Assembly: GCF_902713615.1 (NCBI RefSeq)
Contig: NC_052173.1
Location: 1,701,859 to 1,765,858, forward strand
Length of the DNA stretch: 64,000 nucleotides
DNA from: Scyliorhinus canicula
Lineage: Eukaryota
Direction of reading: 5' to 3'
Part shown: in pieces, positions 12,510 to 25,689 of the stretch
Layout of the letters: each line of letters opens with the position of its first letter
Numbering within the stretch: the first letter of the stretch is position 1
The notes under the pieces: generated by a model
The model's input: the letters and a program-made list of their open reading frames with translations, nothing else
Database searches by the model: none
Told to the model about the DNA's origin: nothing
Translations under genes and position numbers: made by a program

Positions 12510-15500
12510 CGTTATAATCCAATACCAGACCCGAAGGTTTTTGCAAGATCCGGTTAGGGACCGATAATGTTTTGTTTACAGTTTGAGATTTAAGACACTT
12601 GCTCAGCGAATAAAGTCACAATATTCCACAGGTTTTGAACAAACAAAAATTTTACTATACAAGGTCAGAAAGATAAAACAATTTAAAATATCTCTCTTGT
12701 ACTCGAACATTCAGGGTTAATATGTGACTGAACAGGCAAACTGTGGTCGAACGCACCACATTGCACAATAAACGGCAGGTGCAACCAATTCCAATACAAA
12801 TTCCACAGATTTCTCAGCAATCCGTCTAGACGCCAGTAAACACTGAGTCAGCCAAACTCTGCTCCCTCTCCAGGGATTCCAGTCTTCACCTTCGGAGATC
12901 TCACTCCAAACGTTGATCCAACTTGGACAGCTCCAATGACAGCGTCCACCTCACGGGGTTTCAATCTCGTCCCCCGAGACTCCGTTCCCGGGAGATTCCC
13001 CAAGCACGGATTTCAGCTTGGTCATGTCAAGCAGAATACTCCAGAAGGTACCTCGGCCGCAGCGCTCCGCAACAGAGTCAGCAAACTTCTGCTGCCTTCT
13101 TAGACCTTCAGGGCTTCTCCTGAGCTCTCTTCGATTGCCTGGGCTTCGCCAAAGTTCTCACCACTTAAAAGGTCTGCCAAGGGGGCACCAGACAAGGATG
13201 CCCACTGTCCCCGCTGCTGTTCGCACTAGCAATCGAACCGCTAGCAATCGCGCTCAGGGCAGCAAAAAATTGGAGGGGGATCCGAAGGGGAGGCAGAGAG
13301 CACAGAGTCTCACTCTATGCGGATGATCTGCTCCTCTATATCTCGGACCCACAAAGCAGCATGGACGGAATCATCGCGCTCCTGAAAGAGTTTGGAGCCT
13401 TCTCGGGCTACAAACTCAACATGAGCAAAAGCGAGATCTTCCCAGTACACCCGCAAGGTGGGGGGCAGCACTAAAGGGGCTGCCGTTCAAACAAGCCCGA
13501 CATAAATTCCGCTACCTGGGGATCCAAATAGCCCATGACTGGAAAGGGATCCACAAATAGAACCTCACCAGCCTGACGGAGGAAGTAAAAAAGGACCTGC
13601 AAAGATGGAACACACTCCCACTCTCCCTCGCGGGGAGAGTCCAGACGATCAAAATGAACGTATTGCCCAGGTTCCTCTTCCTGTTTAGATCCATTCCGAT
13701 CTACATCCCCAAGGCCTTTTTCAAAGCGCTGGACAAACTTATCATGGCGTTCGTATGGGGGGGTAAAAATGCTAGGATCCCAAAGAAGGTCCTACAAAAA
13801 ACAAAATCCAGGGGGGGGCTAGCCCTCCCGAACCTACAATTCTACCACTGGGCGGCAACAGCCGAGCGAGTAAGGGGATGGATCCAGGAGCCGAGTGGGT
13901 GCGTGCGGAGGAGGCCTCCTGCATGGGGACCTCCCTCCGGGCCTTCGCCACGGCAGCACTCCCATCCCCACCCAAAAAAGACTCCAGCAGCCCAGTGGTG
14001 ACAGCCACCCTCCAATCCTGGAACCAACTGCGGCAGCAATTTGGCCTGACCAAAATGTCGGACAAGGCTCCCATCTGCAACAACCATAGGTTCACACCAG
14101 CACTGACTGACGCCACCTTCAAAAGGTGGAGGCAGGACGGGGGGGACACTGACAGTCAGGGACCTATACACGGACGACAGGATCGCAACACTGGACGAAC
14201 TGAGAGAGAAATTTCGGCTAGCCGTGGGGAACGAGCTACGGTACCTGCAGCTCAAAAACTTCTTACGAAAGGAGACAAGGACGTACCCACAACCGCCACG
14301 ACAGACACTACTGGAAGACCTACTGGACGCAAGTATCCGAGAGAAAGGGAACTGTAGCGACATGTATGACCGACTGGTAGAAAGGGACGACACCGTACTG
14401 GACGCAACAAGAATGAAATGGGAGGACGACCTGGGGATTGAGATAGGGCGGGGACTCTGGAGCGAAGCACTGCATAGGGTCAACTCCACCTCCACGTGCG
14501 CAAGGCTCAGCCTGACGCAACTAAAAGTGGTACATAGAGCCCACTTAACGAGAAACCGTATGAGTAGGTTCTTCCCGGAGGTGGAGGACAGATGTGAACG
14601 GTGCCAAAGAGGCCCGGCCAACCACGCCCACATGTTCTGGTCTTGCCCCAGACTTGTGGAGTACTGGACAGCCTTCTTCGAGGCTATGTCCAAAGTGGTG
14701 GGAGTGAGGGTGGAGCCATGCCCGATAGTGGCGGTCTTCGGGATTTCAGACCAGCCAGATCTATTCCTGGGGAGGAGGGCGGACGCCCTTGCCTTTGCCT
14801 CCCTGATCGCCCGCCGTAGAATCCTGTTTGGCTGGCGGTCAGCAGCACCGTCCAGAGCTACAGACTGGCTGTCCGACCTCTCGGAATCTCTCCAAATGGA
14901 GAAAATCAAATTCGCCATCCGAGGGTCAGACGACGGCTTCCACAGAACGTGTGAGCCATTCATGCAACTGTTCCGGGACCTGTTTGTGGCCAACGAACAA
15001 GAGGAAGAATAGTCGGGTGTCCAAGAATCAGGGGAAAATGGATGGGAATCGGGGGAAGGTAGCCGGGGTGGGGGGAGGGCTACGGGTTTGTTATGGGGGT
15101 TTGATGGCAAGCTAAGGCCCAAAACCAAACTGTAAATAAATGCGAATAAACATGTGCCTCGGCCATATTGGGGAATGTAAAATATGTACGCCGGCTAAAG
15201 GGGGCAGCCACAATTGTTATTATGAAGATGCGTACCTGTAAATATACATGTTAATTTTTGCGTGTTTTTTTTTCTAATAATTTGTAATTTGTTGGGATGT
15301 AAAATATGAAAACTCAATGAAAAAACATTTTTTTAAAAAAAGGTCTGCCAAGCGCAGTCCTTTCTCTGATTGGTCCCTCGATCTTTGCTCCCCCCCCCCA
15401 CCCCCCTTAATTTGACTGGCCCCTGCCTGTCCCTCATCTGGGACTCCTCTTTTGGGATCTCTCCCTACCCATGCCTGGGACACTCATTTTCAATTGTGAT

Positions 15501-15515
15501 CCACTCCCGGTCACA
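12510..15515. mobile_element. LTR-like repeat split by the L1 insertion (segments about 12510-13181 and 15338-15515)
   Basis: Non-coding, compositionally distinct segment ending in GTCACA; no clear TSD, classification tentative. Confidence 0.3.
13182..15337 (+). mobile_element. 5'-truncated L1-clade LINE (RT C-terminal half, CCHC region, 3' UTR, A tail) with 15-bp TSD
   Basis: GTRQGCPLSPLLF, SLYADD, YLGI, GGLALP, CERC...HMFWSC; TSD AAAAGGTCTGCCAAG at 13167-13181 and 15338-15352; frameshifts and a stop. Confidence 0.93.
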
Positions 15516-15519
15516 CGAT

Positions 15520-15890
15520 CCAGGTTTTTAATGCCGTTTCCTCTTCCTGCAGAGACACACTGGGCCCATCCTTGGCCTAAATAACTTAAAATGCCGAATT
15601 GCGCATGCAACGTGCCAAAACCCGGAGGTCTGTGTGAGCTCCCGACTTCTGCTCTGAAGAAGGGCAGTTGAATTTCACAGCAATAGACCAAAGATGCTAA
15701 GGTCAAGCGTGCGGGCCCATCATTCACAACCGTGCACTCTGCCAGCTGTGTGCCACTCTGATTTTCCTCCTATACCCAACAATTTGCCTTTACTGTATTT
15801 TCCGGTATAAGTCAATGCGGAGTCCAAGTCCAACGGACTAGATTTCCGATTTTTCCGAATTCCATTCATTTACAAGCCGAAGGTGTATAA
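15520..15890. promoter_or_regulatory. Candidate NABP2 promoter region
   Basis: Unique, CpG-containing segment with an NRF1-like TGCGCATGC at about 15600 and ETS-like TTCCGG/CTTCC motifs, upstream of the NABP2 exons. Motif evidence only. Confidence 0.3.
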
Positions 15891-16044
15891 AACAAGACCA
15901 GTCAAATCTCTTTTATTAGTACATTTATTAATGTATTTGTTACATTTAATGAAAAAGAAAAATCATACAACACCATCACTGACAAAACGTAACAGATTCA
16001 CAGCAATGTGAACAAACCAAGACAACTACAAAACTCTGCCTGGC

Positions 16045-18053
16045 CTCCAGACAGAGCGGAACTGTATTTATCCCGCTGCATTGTGCTCCAGACAGAGCGG
16101 AACTGTATTTATCCCGCTGCATTGTGCTCCAGACAGAGCGGAACTGTATTTATCCCGCTGCATCGTGCTCCAGACGGAGCGGAACTGTATTTATCCCGCT
16201 GCATCGTGCTCCAGAGAGAGCGGAACTGTATTTATCCCGCTGCATCGTGCTCCAGACAGAGCGGAACTGTATTTATCCCGCTGCATCGTGCTCCAGACAG
16301 AGCGGAACTGTATTTATCCCGCTGCATCGTGCTCCAGACAGAGCGGAACTGTATTTATCCCGCTGCATTGTGCTCCAGACAGAGCGGAACTGTATGTATC
16401 CCGCTGCATCGTGCTCCAGAGAGAGCGGAACTGTATTTATCCCGCTGCATCGTGCTCCAGACAGAGCGGAACTGTATTTATCCCGCTGCATTGTGCTCCA
16501 GACAGAGCGGAACTGTATTTATCCCGCTGCATTGTGCTCCAGACAGAGCGGAACTGTATGTATCCCGCTGCATTGTGCTCCAGAGAGAGCGGAACTGTAT
16601 TTATCCCGCTGCATCGTGCTCCAGACGGAGCGGAACTGTATTTATCCCGCTGCATTGTGCTCCAGACAGAGCGGAACTGTATTTATCCCGCTGCATCGTG
16701 CTCCAGAGAGAGCGGAACTGTATTTATCCCGCTGCATTGTGCTCCAGACAGAGCGGAACTGTATGTATCCCGCTGCATCGTGCTCCAGAGAGAGCGGAAC
16801 TGTATTTATCCCGCTGCATTGTGCTCCAGAGAGAGCGGAACTGTATTTATCCCGCTGCATCGTGCTCCAGACGGAGCGGAACTGTATTTATCCCGCTGCA
16901 TCGTGCTCCAGAGAGAGCGGAACTGTATTTATCCCGCTGCATCGTGCTCCAGACGGAGCGGAACTGTATTTATCCCGCTGCATCGTGCTCCAGACAGAGC
17001 GGAACTGTATTTATCCCGCTGCATCGTGCTCCAGACAGAGCGGAACTGTATTTATCCCGCTGCATCGTGCTCCAGACAGAGCGGAACTGTATGTATCCCG
17101 CTGCATTGTGCTCCAGACAGAGCGGAACTGTATTTATCCCGCTGCATCGTGCTCCAGACAGAGCGGAACTGTATTTATGCCGCTGCATCGTGCTCCAGAC
17201 AGAGCGGAACTGTATTTATCCCGCTGCATCGTGCTCCAGCGAGAGCGGAACTGTATTTATCCCGCTGCATTGTGCTCCAGACAGAGCGGAACTGTATTTA
17301 TCCCGCTGCATCGTGCTCCAGACAGAGCGGAACTGTATTTATCCCGCTGCATCGTGCTCCAGACAGAGCGGAACTGTATTTATCCCGCTGCATCGTGCTC
17401 CAGACGGAGCGGAACTGTATTTATCCCGCTGCATTGTGCTCCAGACAGAGCGGAACTGTATTTATCCCGCTGCATTGTGCTCCAGACAGAGCGGAACTGT
17501 ATGTATCCCGCTGCATCGTGCTCCAGACAGAGCGGAACTGTATGTATCCCGCTGCATCGTGCTCCAGACGGAGCGGAACTGTATTTATCCCGCTGCATCG
17601 TGCTCCAGACAGAGCGGAACTGTATTTATCCCGCTGCATCGTGCTCCAGACGGAGCGGAACTGTATTTATCCCGCTGCATCGTGCTCCAGACAGAGCGGA
17701 ACTGTATGTATCCCGCTGCATTGTGCTCCAGACAGAGCGGAACTGTATGTATCCCGCTGCATTGTGCTCCAGACAGAGCGGAACTGTATGTATCCCGCTG
17801 CATCGTGCTCCAGACACAGCGGAACTGTATTTATCCCGCTGCATCGTGCTCCAGACAGAGCGGAACTGTATTTATCCCGCTGCATCGTGCTCCAGACAGA
17901 GCGGAACTGTATTTATCCCGCTGCATCGTGCTCCAGACAGAGCGGAACTGTATTTATCCCGCTGCATCGTGCTCCAGACAGAGCGGAACTGTATTTATCC
18001 CGCTGCATCGTGCTCCAGACAGAGCGGAACTGTATTTATCCCGCTGCATTGTG
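16045..18053. repeat. Minisatellite, 49 copies of a 41-bp unit CTCCAGACAGAGCGGAACTGTATTTATCCCGCTGCATCGTG
   Basis: First unit starts at 16045 and last at 18013 (1968 = 48 x 41), so no net indels; variation is mostly at three sites. Confidence 0.98.
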
Positions 18054-19189
18054 CCAACACTTACGCTTCCAATGGTTGTTCGCTGTGATTTATACTCATA
18101 ATTCAAAAGGCATGGGTGTGTAAAATCTACTTAGATCCAGGTCTGGTCAGGGTGGCACAGTATTAGCATTGCTGCCTCTCACCTCCAGGGCACCGGGTTC
18201 AATTCTCGCCTTGAGTAACTGTCCGTGTGGAGTCTGCACGTTCTCCCCATGTCTGCGTGGGTTTCCTCCGGGTGCTCCGGTTTCCCCTCCGTCCAAAGAT
18301 GTGCAGCATAGATGGATTGGCCATGATCCAATTGCCCCTTAATGTCAAAAAGGTCAGGTGGGGTTAGGATGAGGCCTAAGTAGGGTGCTCTTTCGGATGA
18401 TCGGTGCAGACTTGATGGGTCGAGTGGCCTCCTTCTGCACTGTAGTGACTATGACTAATCTATAGATAAGGCGAAAAGGTGTACAAGATGGCGCCTGATC
18501 TTCTGTTGAAAAATGTCTAGTCTTACAAACCAAAAAAAAAATACAGTATACAGCACCTTTAAGATAAAGGAATGCTCCAGGGTACGTCACAGAGACATTA
18601 AGAGCCAAAGGAGAGGTCATGGAGGTCGGTTTAAGGAGTGTTGCGTCTTAAAGGAGGAAAGACAGGTGGAGAGATTTAGGGAGAGAATACCAGAGCTTAG
18701 GACCAGGCAGCTGAAGGAACAGCCACCAATGATCAAGAGATTAAAATTGGGGATCAAGAGTGCAAGATTAGAGAAGAACAGAGATCTGGAGGGGGTTAGA
18801 GAAGATGACAAATGGTCAGGGGACCCAGGCCATGGATGGATTCAAAAACAAAAGCAGTGTTGCTTAACCTGGGGCTAATGTTGGTCAACACAGACAGTGC
18901 TGACAGGCGAGTGGGACATCATGAGCGTTAGGAAAGGGGAGCTGCTGGTGGTGTGGTGGTTCTGTCACTGGAGGCCCAGGATAATGCTCTGGGGAAAGAT
19001 CCCACCACAGCAGCTGGTAGCATACCAGAGTCTCAATGGCAACTATGAAACTACCATTGATTGTTGTTTAACAAGACATCTGGTTCATCAATATCCGATA
19101 GGGAAGGAAATCTGCTATCGTTACCTGATCTGGCCTACGCACGCCAGATTCACAGCAGTGAACAGGCCCTCCAAGGCTGCGTGGATCAT

Positions 19190-19415
19190 TTTTTTTTAAA
19201 AAATTTATATTAGCCAATTATTTTTTCCAATTAAGGGGCAATTGAGCGTGGCCAATCCACCTACCCTGCACATCTTTGGGTTGTAGGGGCGAAACCCACG
19301 CAAACACGGGGAGAATGTGCAAACTCCACACGGACAGTGACCCAGAGCCGGATCGAACCTGGGACCTCGGCGCCGTGTGACAGCAGTGCTAACCCACTGC
19401 GCCACCGTGCTGCCC
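19190..19415 (-). mobile_element. HE1-related SINE, short form with A-rich tail and 15-bp TSD
   Basis: TSD GGCTGCGTGGATCAT at 19175-19189 and 19416-19430. Other short copies at about 3378-3588(+), 8940-9026(-), 10714-10935(+), 19907-20060(+), 32690-32912(-), 39426-39635(+), 58235-58643(-). Confidence 0.9.
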
Positions 19416-19430
19416 GGCTGCGTGGATCAT

Positions 19431-19906
19431 GATGCCTGTCTAAAGGAGGAAATTGCTGGGGCCTCGAGAGAAATCTTTGTATCCTCACTGGCGACAGGGC
19501 AGGGCCAGAGGATTGGAGAATAGCAAATGTTGCTCCTTTAAGAAGGGGAGCAAGGGTAATCCAGGAAATTACAGGCAGTGATCCTTACAACCGTGGTAGG
19601 GAAATTATTGGAGAGGATTCTTCGAGACAGGATCTACTCCCACTTTGGAACTAAGTGGACGTATTAGCAAAAGGTAGCATGGGTTTGTGAAGGGGAGGTC
19701 ACTTCTCAGTAACTTGATTGAATTTTTTGAGGAAGTGACAAAGATGATTGATGCAGGTAGGGCGGTAGATGTTGTCTATATGGACTTCAGCAAGGTCCTT
19801 AATGGCAGACTTGTACAGAAGGTGAAGTCACACGGGATCAGAGGTGAGCTGGCAAGGTGGATACAGAACTGGCTAGGCCATAGAAGGCAGAGGGTAGCAG
19901 TGGAAG
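19431..19906 (+). mobile_element. CR1 RT fragment
   Basis: [27 protein letters not shown]. Confidence 0.8.
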
Positions 19907-20059
19907 GGCGCCGAGGACCCGGGTTTGATCCTGGCCCCAGGTCACTGCCAGTGTGGAGTTTCTCAGTGTCTGCGTGGGTCTCACCCCCATAACCCAAAAA
20001 TGATGTGCAGGGTAGGTGGTTGGCCACGCTAAATTGCCTCTTAATTGGAAAAATTAAAA

Positions 20060-23000
20060 AAAGGATCACATTTTAATCAGAGTTTAAGAGGATATCAAGC
20101 ACCTTACAAAGAGGACAAAATTCGTTTTCAATTTCTGATAATAACTTGCATTTTCTCAAGGCTTGTTTGGGCAATTGATAAAACTCTAGTAGCCAGGCCA
20201 GTTTTACAAATCACATCACCAAATACAACAGATCAAGAAGGTAGAATATTTGCACCATCAACCCTCCAAAACGGTCATAACAATAATAATAATATCGTCA
20301 CAAGTAGGCTTCAATGAAGTTACTGTGAAAAGCCCCAAGTTGCCACGTTCCGGCACCTGTTCAGGGAGGCCGGTATGGGAATTGAACCCGTGCTGCTGCC
20401 TTGTTCTGCATTACCACGGTGCTAAACCAGCTCCTGTTCACAATGAGTTAATAACTCTGAAGGCACCACTTGCCACACTATCCGGGTTTCACAAACAAGG
20501 AATCGCTATGTGGGCAAAGCATTGGAGGCCAACAGCCACAGAATCACAGCTCAGCAGATGGAGGAATCCTAGTTTGGTGCTTTTTGACCACATTTTGCAG
20601 ATAAACATGCAAAAGCTGAACAGACAAGACTAGTTAGCCCATCAGGTTAGCCAGTGCCACTGTGATGTACCAGAGCATGGTGCAGAATGTAACGATTTGC
20701 ACTGGTCAGCTGGAAGAGGCTTTCCTGGCAGAGGGTTGTGGGGAAAGGACAATCCATCTTAGCATCTGCCTTCTCGCACAAAGTAAAAGGTCGACAGACA
20801 TGGACGGTGCAAGACTCGTGTGCAAGTTGGAAAGAAAAACAAAAACACCAAGACCAATTACATACTATGAGTTTTATTTCACAGATAAGTTTATGAAAAG
20901 TGTTTTGATCATCATCATTAATACAAGTGCCACAGCTTTTCAAATACATCACAACTAGTCAGCTACAGGAGACAATTTTGGACTGCAAACACTTCTCCAA
21001 TCACAAAATAACTTGTGTACTTAGAAGGTCCACTTTAAAAAGGCGCGCACGGAGACAATACACATCTTTATAAAATTAAAAAAGCACAAATTGTTTTCCA
21101 GAGCAACATAAAAAAAAAACTTCACAAGGTTGCTCATTTTGCTGCAAGGTCAGTTTCTAAAATACTATTTTATTTTCTATGTATAATGACCAGACTTCCA
21201 TACGGACTAATGCATGGCCAAATTTTGCTTTTCCATCCATCACATTGTAAGTGACTTGAAAGCTACAAGAGGCTGGATTGCCATCCCATTCCTCCCCAAT
21301 TTAATCAGAAGTGAAATTCCCGCTCGGAGCCAAGGTAGTCAATTTCCGCCTGGTAGCAACTGGAGGTATAATTGGCCTCCGCATCCTCACGCTATGGAGG
21401 ACTTAAGGAGCTAAACAACTTGGGCTTCTCCTGATTGCTAGCCTCAACTGGGATGTACGCACACAACATAGAGATCAAGCTTGTCTGGAATGCCCTCCGT
21501 GAAATAGTCCATCAATAAATGTAGAATGGGCAATTAAGTACCAGAGGGTTGCCACCTCTGCTCTTTGAGGAAAGAGAGCAAGAGCAATTAGTGAGTGAGA
21601 GCGGGCGTTGTTTAACCCCAAAATCAGGATGCAGGGCTAGAACTCCTTTGTCATTATGCTGAATTCTCAGCATGCAAACGAAAGCAGGCTTCTTTGTCAA
21701 TACCTTTACCATAGCTTTCTATACATAACCAGGCGATTCTTTTTCTCTTTTCTGGTTGTATTAAGACACATTTTAATTGAGGCCCCTCAGGGTAGTTTAA
21801 AAAAAAAACTCTTATGCCTCAATTTCAGGAAGGGAGGATGTAGAGATAATGAAGAAAATAAAAAGATATTTCCAGAGTGAACACTCTGCCCATGGCCAAC
21901 AAGGCCAGTATCCAGCCTGGCTGGAGGTTTCACTTCGATAAACAAGCTATGCCCGGCTACCTAGACAGGTTGCAAAACAATTAAGCCAGTCGTTAATGCA
22001 TCGGTGTACAGTTGAAGTTACCAGTCACTTGCAGAAACAGAGGTCAAGAAACATGGAGGCCCTAGATGTACAAAAGGAATGTCACAAGCTGAACCCATGT
22101 CACTTTTTTCCGTAGAAATTTAAAGTACCCAATTCTTTTCCCCCCCCCCCACCCCAATTAAGGGGCAATTTAGCGTGGCCAATCCACCTACCCTGCACAT
22201 CTTTGGGTTGCGGGGGGTGAGACCCACACAGACACAGAGAATGTGCAAACTCCACACGGACAGTGACCCAGAGCCGGGACCGAACCTGGGTCCTCGGTGC
22301 TGTGAGGCAGCAGTGCTAACCACTGCGCCACCGTGCTGCCCTCTGAACCCATGTCACTTACTGCAAACTTTGGTGCACAAGCTTATATTATAAGCCCTCC
22401 AAAAGTAAGCATATTTTTAACGGAGTGTAAAATATTTATACGGATTAAAACTATAAGTGAGGCAAAAGCTTTTCAACTTGCTGAAACCAAATTCTCAATA
22501 CACAGAATTCTGGAGGCCAAGAGTTTAGTCACTTCAGGTTTCAGTGGATTCAATGGACAGTGATCGTTCTTTGGATGGACAGATCTTCCTCAGTACAGTC
22601 CCCAAATAGAATAGAAAGAGTTTTCCTTCATGTCGCCCAAGTACTTAAAAAGTCCTCTTTTAACCTCCTCAAAACAGTTAAAATAAATAACCTAACATTT
22701 ACCCTTCTGGAACAAGCAATATATCCTATATATTGTGCTGAAAAATGATATACATTCAAGACTTGTAGACTAGATTTCACTAGAGTTTGGAAGGGATGGG
22801 ACACTACATAAGGGACTTTGATAAAGCTTAATTCAGATCTAGCAAATCTTGGGAGTGAATCAACATCACCAACCCAGTTCCAAGTCCGAACAACGGCCAA
22901 ACGGGATTCCACACTTTTGTAAACTTCATTTGAATGCTGGGGACAGAATTGACTCATTTTGTGGATTTAAAAAGAAAAGCACTCCAACCAAATTGCAAGA

Positions 23001-24583
23001 TTTTAATCAGAAATAATATGTACACACACAAATTCTAGCTAGAGTTTATAAGTTCACAGCATGTTCCCCCGCATCGCACCGCCCCCCCTTCAAAGTCAAG
23101 ATTTGAAGCATCATATTCCAAACCTGTTGCCTTTGGCAATTGGTGTGGTCATTCTTAGCTGCTTTGGGTCAAATCGAATAATGTGCGGCAGGAAAGGGGG
23201 CAACCCCCATTTGGAATCAGGTTTAAAAAGTCCTACATTAGGTACAGTTACCAAAGTACTGCTACCTAGTTCAGTCATGTAATCGAGAGAATTGAAGCCA
23301 AGTGAATAAAATATTTTTTAAATATACAAGTTATACTCAGGCTTTCTAGGATATCTTTCAGTCACATGCATTTTTGAAATTCTGCACTAGTGCAGCCTTT
23401 ATTCTAGCTTTTTGAGGCCTGCAATCATACACCACACAATACCTAGACAGAGGAGAAGAGCTGGGTCTCTCTTATAGTTTACATGAACAAAATGTATCTC
23501 ACACAGTCTCACGTAATCAGGTATTTGTAGAGCGTCTCAAAAACGAGATCGCGAATAAAATACTTCCAGGATTTTTAAAAGCAGGATTCGTCACAGGATA
23601 ACTTTTTTTTTGGGCCCAATATTCCCTCCCACCGGATGTTATTCACTCCAATTTTGGCCATTCTTGCACAAACCTCATTGGACATCAGGTTTAACAATTC
23701 AAGGCAAATGCAAAAACAAAAAGGTCGGATTTTGGTTAAATGTTGGCATTGGTTCAAGGTAAAACAACCCCCTCCCCCCCCCAAAAAAAATGAATGCAAT
23801 TGCCTTGCCCTGTAGCGGTTACAAATTCAGTTCATCATGACCCCTGCAAAGTCACCTAAAAAAAAAACACACATCAGCCGATTGTTCACATTCCACAGAT
23901 CACTCCATGTTCCAATTAGGTTTTGCAGAAAGGGCTTTTGATCATGCCTGAATAGACAGTTTTTGCAGCAAATCAGAGTTGCTTTAGTGGATATTAAGCC
24001 ATGTAGTACATACAGCACTAAAATCTTTTTGTTTTTCAGTTTGTCTGTGAGCTCTGCTCTGACAAGAGCAACCTCAAAAAGACCTTTCCCTCAAAATGAT
24101 GACAGAAACACTTTTGCATTGTATATTCGACCACAGTATAACAGCAGCTACTACAATAGAAATATTGTCCTTTACTAATTTTCTGTTTGAAACAGGGAAC
24201 GAAACAAACGTGAAAATCAGGTATCAGAGCAGAACTCAAACCACTGCCGGTAAAGTGAAATGGCGCCACAGATATTAGCTTGCTCACACGGAATGGACAT
24301 CAGAATTGTACTTCCTGTCTTTAGTGTTTTACTCTTGGGAGAATAAATACAAAAAAAAAGTTGGGACTAATGTTTTGTGAGCTGCGAGCTCTCATTCTTG
24401 AAGCCAGTTCTCGAGCTGCACAAAAGCCGTTGGTCAAACAGTCCATAATGCAATTTGGTGAGAAGCCGCTGCGTAGAATTCGGTTTTCACTGAAGATATT
24501 TAGTTAGCGCAAGGCCCAAGTCTTGCTTGCTTTCTTCTCATTAGGAACTTCATTCAGACAAAACTGAACACACGTGTGTTGTT
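20060..24583 (-). other. Probable long 3' UTR of RNF41
   Basis: Repeat-poor, AT-rich stretch after the stop codon. Minus-strand AATAAA at 23398-23403, 21169-21174 and 20873-20878, ATTAAA at 20072-20077. The true end is uncertain; more distal AATAAA at 15924-15929 and 15912-15917. Confidence 0.55.
22106..22342 (-). mobile_element. Short-form SINE inserted in the probable RNF41 3' UTR, 17-bp TSD
   Basis: TSD CTGAACCCATGTCACTT at 22089-22105 and 22343-22359. Confidence 0.9.
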
Positions 24584-24938
24584 TTAAAAGATTTCCTCCA
24601 CGCCGTGAGCAAAGATCATCACCAAACCAGGCTCCATGATCATGTCCTCTCCCATGTGCTGGTTCTCGCACGCCATTACCACCACTGCCTGCTTCCCTGG
24701 GATTCGTTTAGCTACATAGTTCTCGTAGTACCTGCGGTTCATTTGACGAGTCTCTAAGGTGGCCAGACCCTGAGGCCAGTTCCTCTCATGTGCGTTTTCG
24801 ATGAGGTCATTGACTATGGACATTGGGCACCCGCTGTCTATGAGAGACCGTTTAATGACTGCTTGCAGAACTGCATCAGGGGTGGAGATCATGCCACCCC
24901 AGCGGGTTACTCTAGCAGGTTGCAGTGAATTGACCCAC
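24584..24938 (-). CDS. RNF41: RNF41 (NRDP1 E3 ubiquitin ligase) last coding exon, C-terminal USP8/substrate-binding domain
   Basis: tgtgttgtag|G TGG GTC...; WVNSLQPARVTRWGGMISTPDAVLQ...GLVMIFAHGVEEIF then TAA; 355 bp. Confidence 0.97.
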
Positions 24939-25689
24939 CTACAACACAGAAGATACCATTCAGGTAACGAGTGCATTTTATTTAACAAAACAAACAAAAG
25001 CCACCGTCAACTAAGCTCTGCAATTGAGATGATGGACAGAGCACAAATGTTTCTTTCCCCCCTTGCACCCTCACATCCTGATTCAGGTAAGGGGGCGGGG
25101 CTGCATAAGCAGCTGCAGATGGCTGCATCCTGACCTATCTGGGGGCAGGGTGCAGCGATGTGACAAGTGCCCTGCTCCAGCTGAAATGGCTGCATGGAGA
25201 TTGCATCCTGCCACAGCTCAGAAGCTAACGGACAGGTTGCTCCCAACGCCACAAAACCTAAAACAGGCTTCCCTGCAGTCAACTGACTTCACAACTTTAT
25301 TTCGATTTTCCTGGTTATTTTTGAAGTGAGGCCATGTACCCAAATAGAACATGCAGATGGAGGCCATTCGGCCCATTGAGTCTGCACCGACCCACTTAAG
25401 CCCTCACTTCCACCCTATCCCCGTAACCAATAACCCCTCCTAACCTTTTTGGACACTAAGAGCAATTTATCATTGGCCAATCCACCTAACCTGCACGTCT
25501 TTGGACTGTGGGAGGAAACCGGAGCACCCGGAGGAAACCCACGCAGACACGGGGAGAACGTGCAGACTCCGCACAGACAGTGACCCAGTGGGGAATCGAA
25601 CCTGGGACCCTGGCGCTGTGAAGTCACAGTGCTAACCACTTGTGCTGCTCTCGGCAATAGACGGAAGTATGAAAGAAGAGGAAAAGAAA

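Noticed and set aside
15434-15560. Minus-strand GIKNLD peptide after a CTGCAG acceptor as the NABP2 first coding exon
   Set aside because: Only a short resemblance to GLKNLN; lacks VKDIKP and FIVLE and has no suitable donor.
16045-18053. CRISPR-like array
   Set aside because: Units are contiguous with no unique spacers, there are no cas genes and the context is vertebrate.
16008-18123. Three 650-700 aa plus-strand ORFs as protein-coding genes
   Set aside because: They follow from a stop-free 41-bp repeat; they are listed with non-ATG starts, all frames give the same peptide and there is no recognisable domain.
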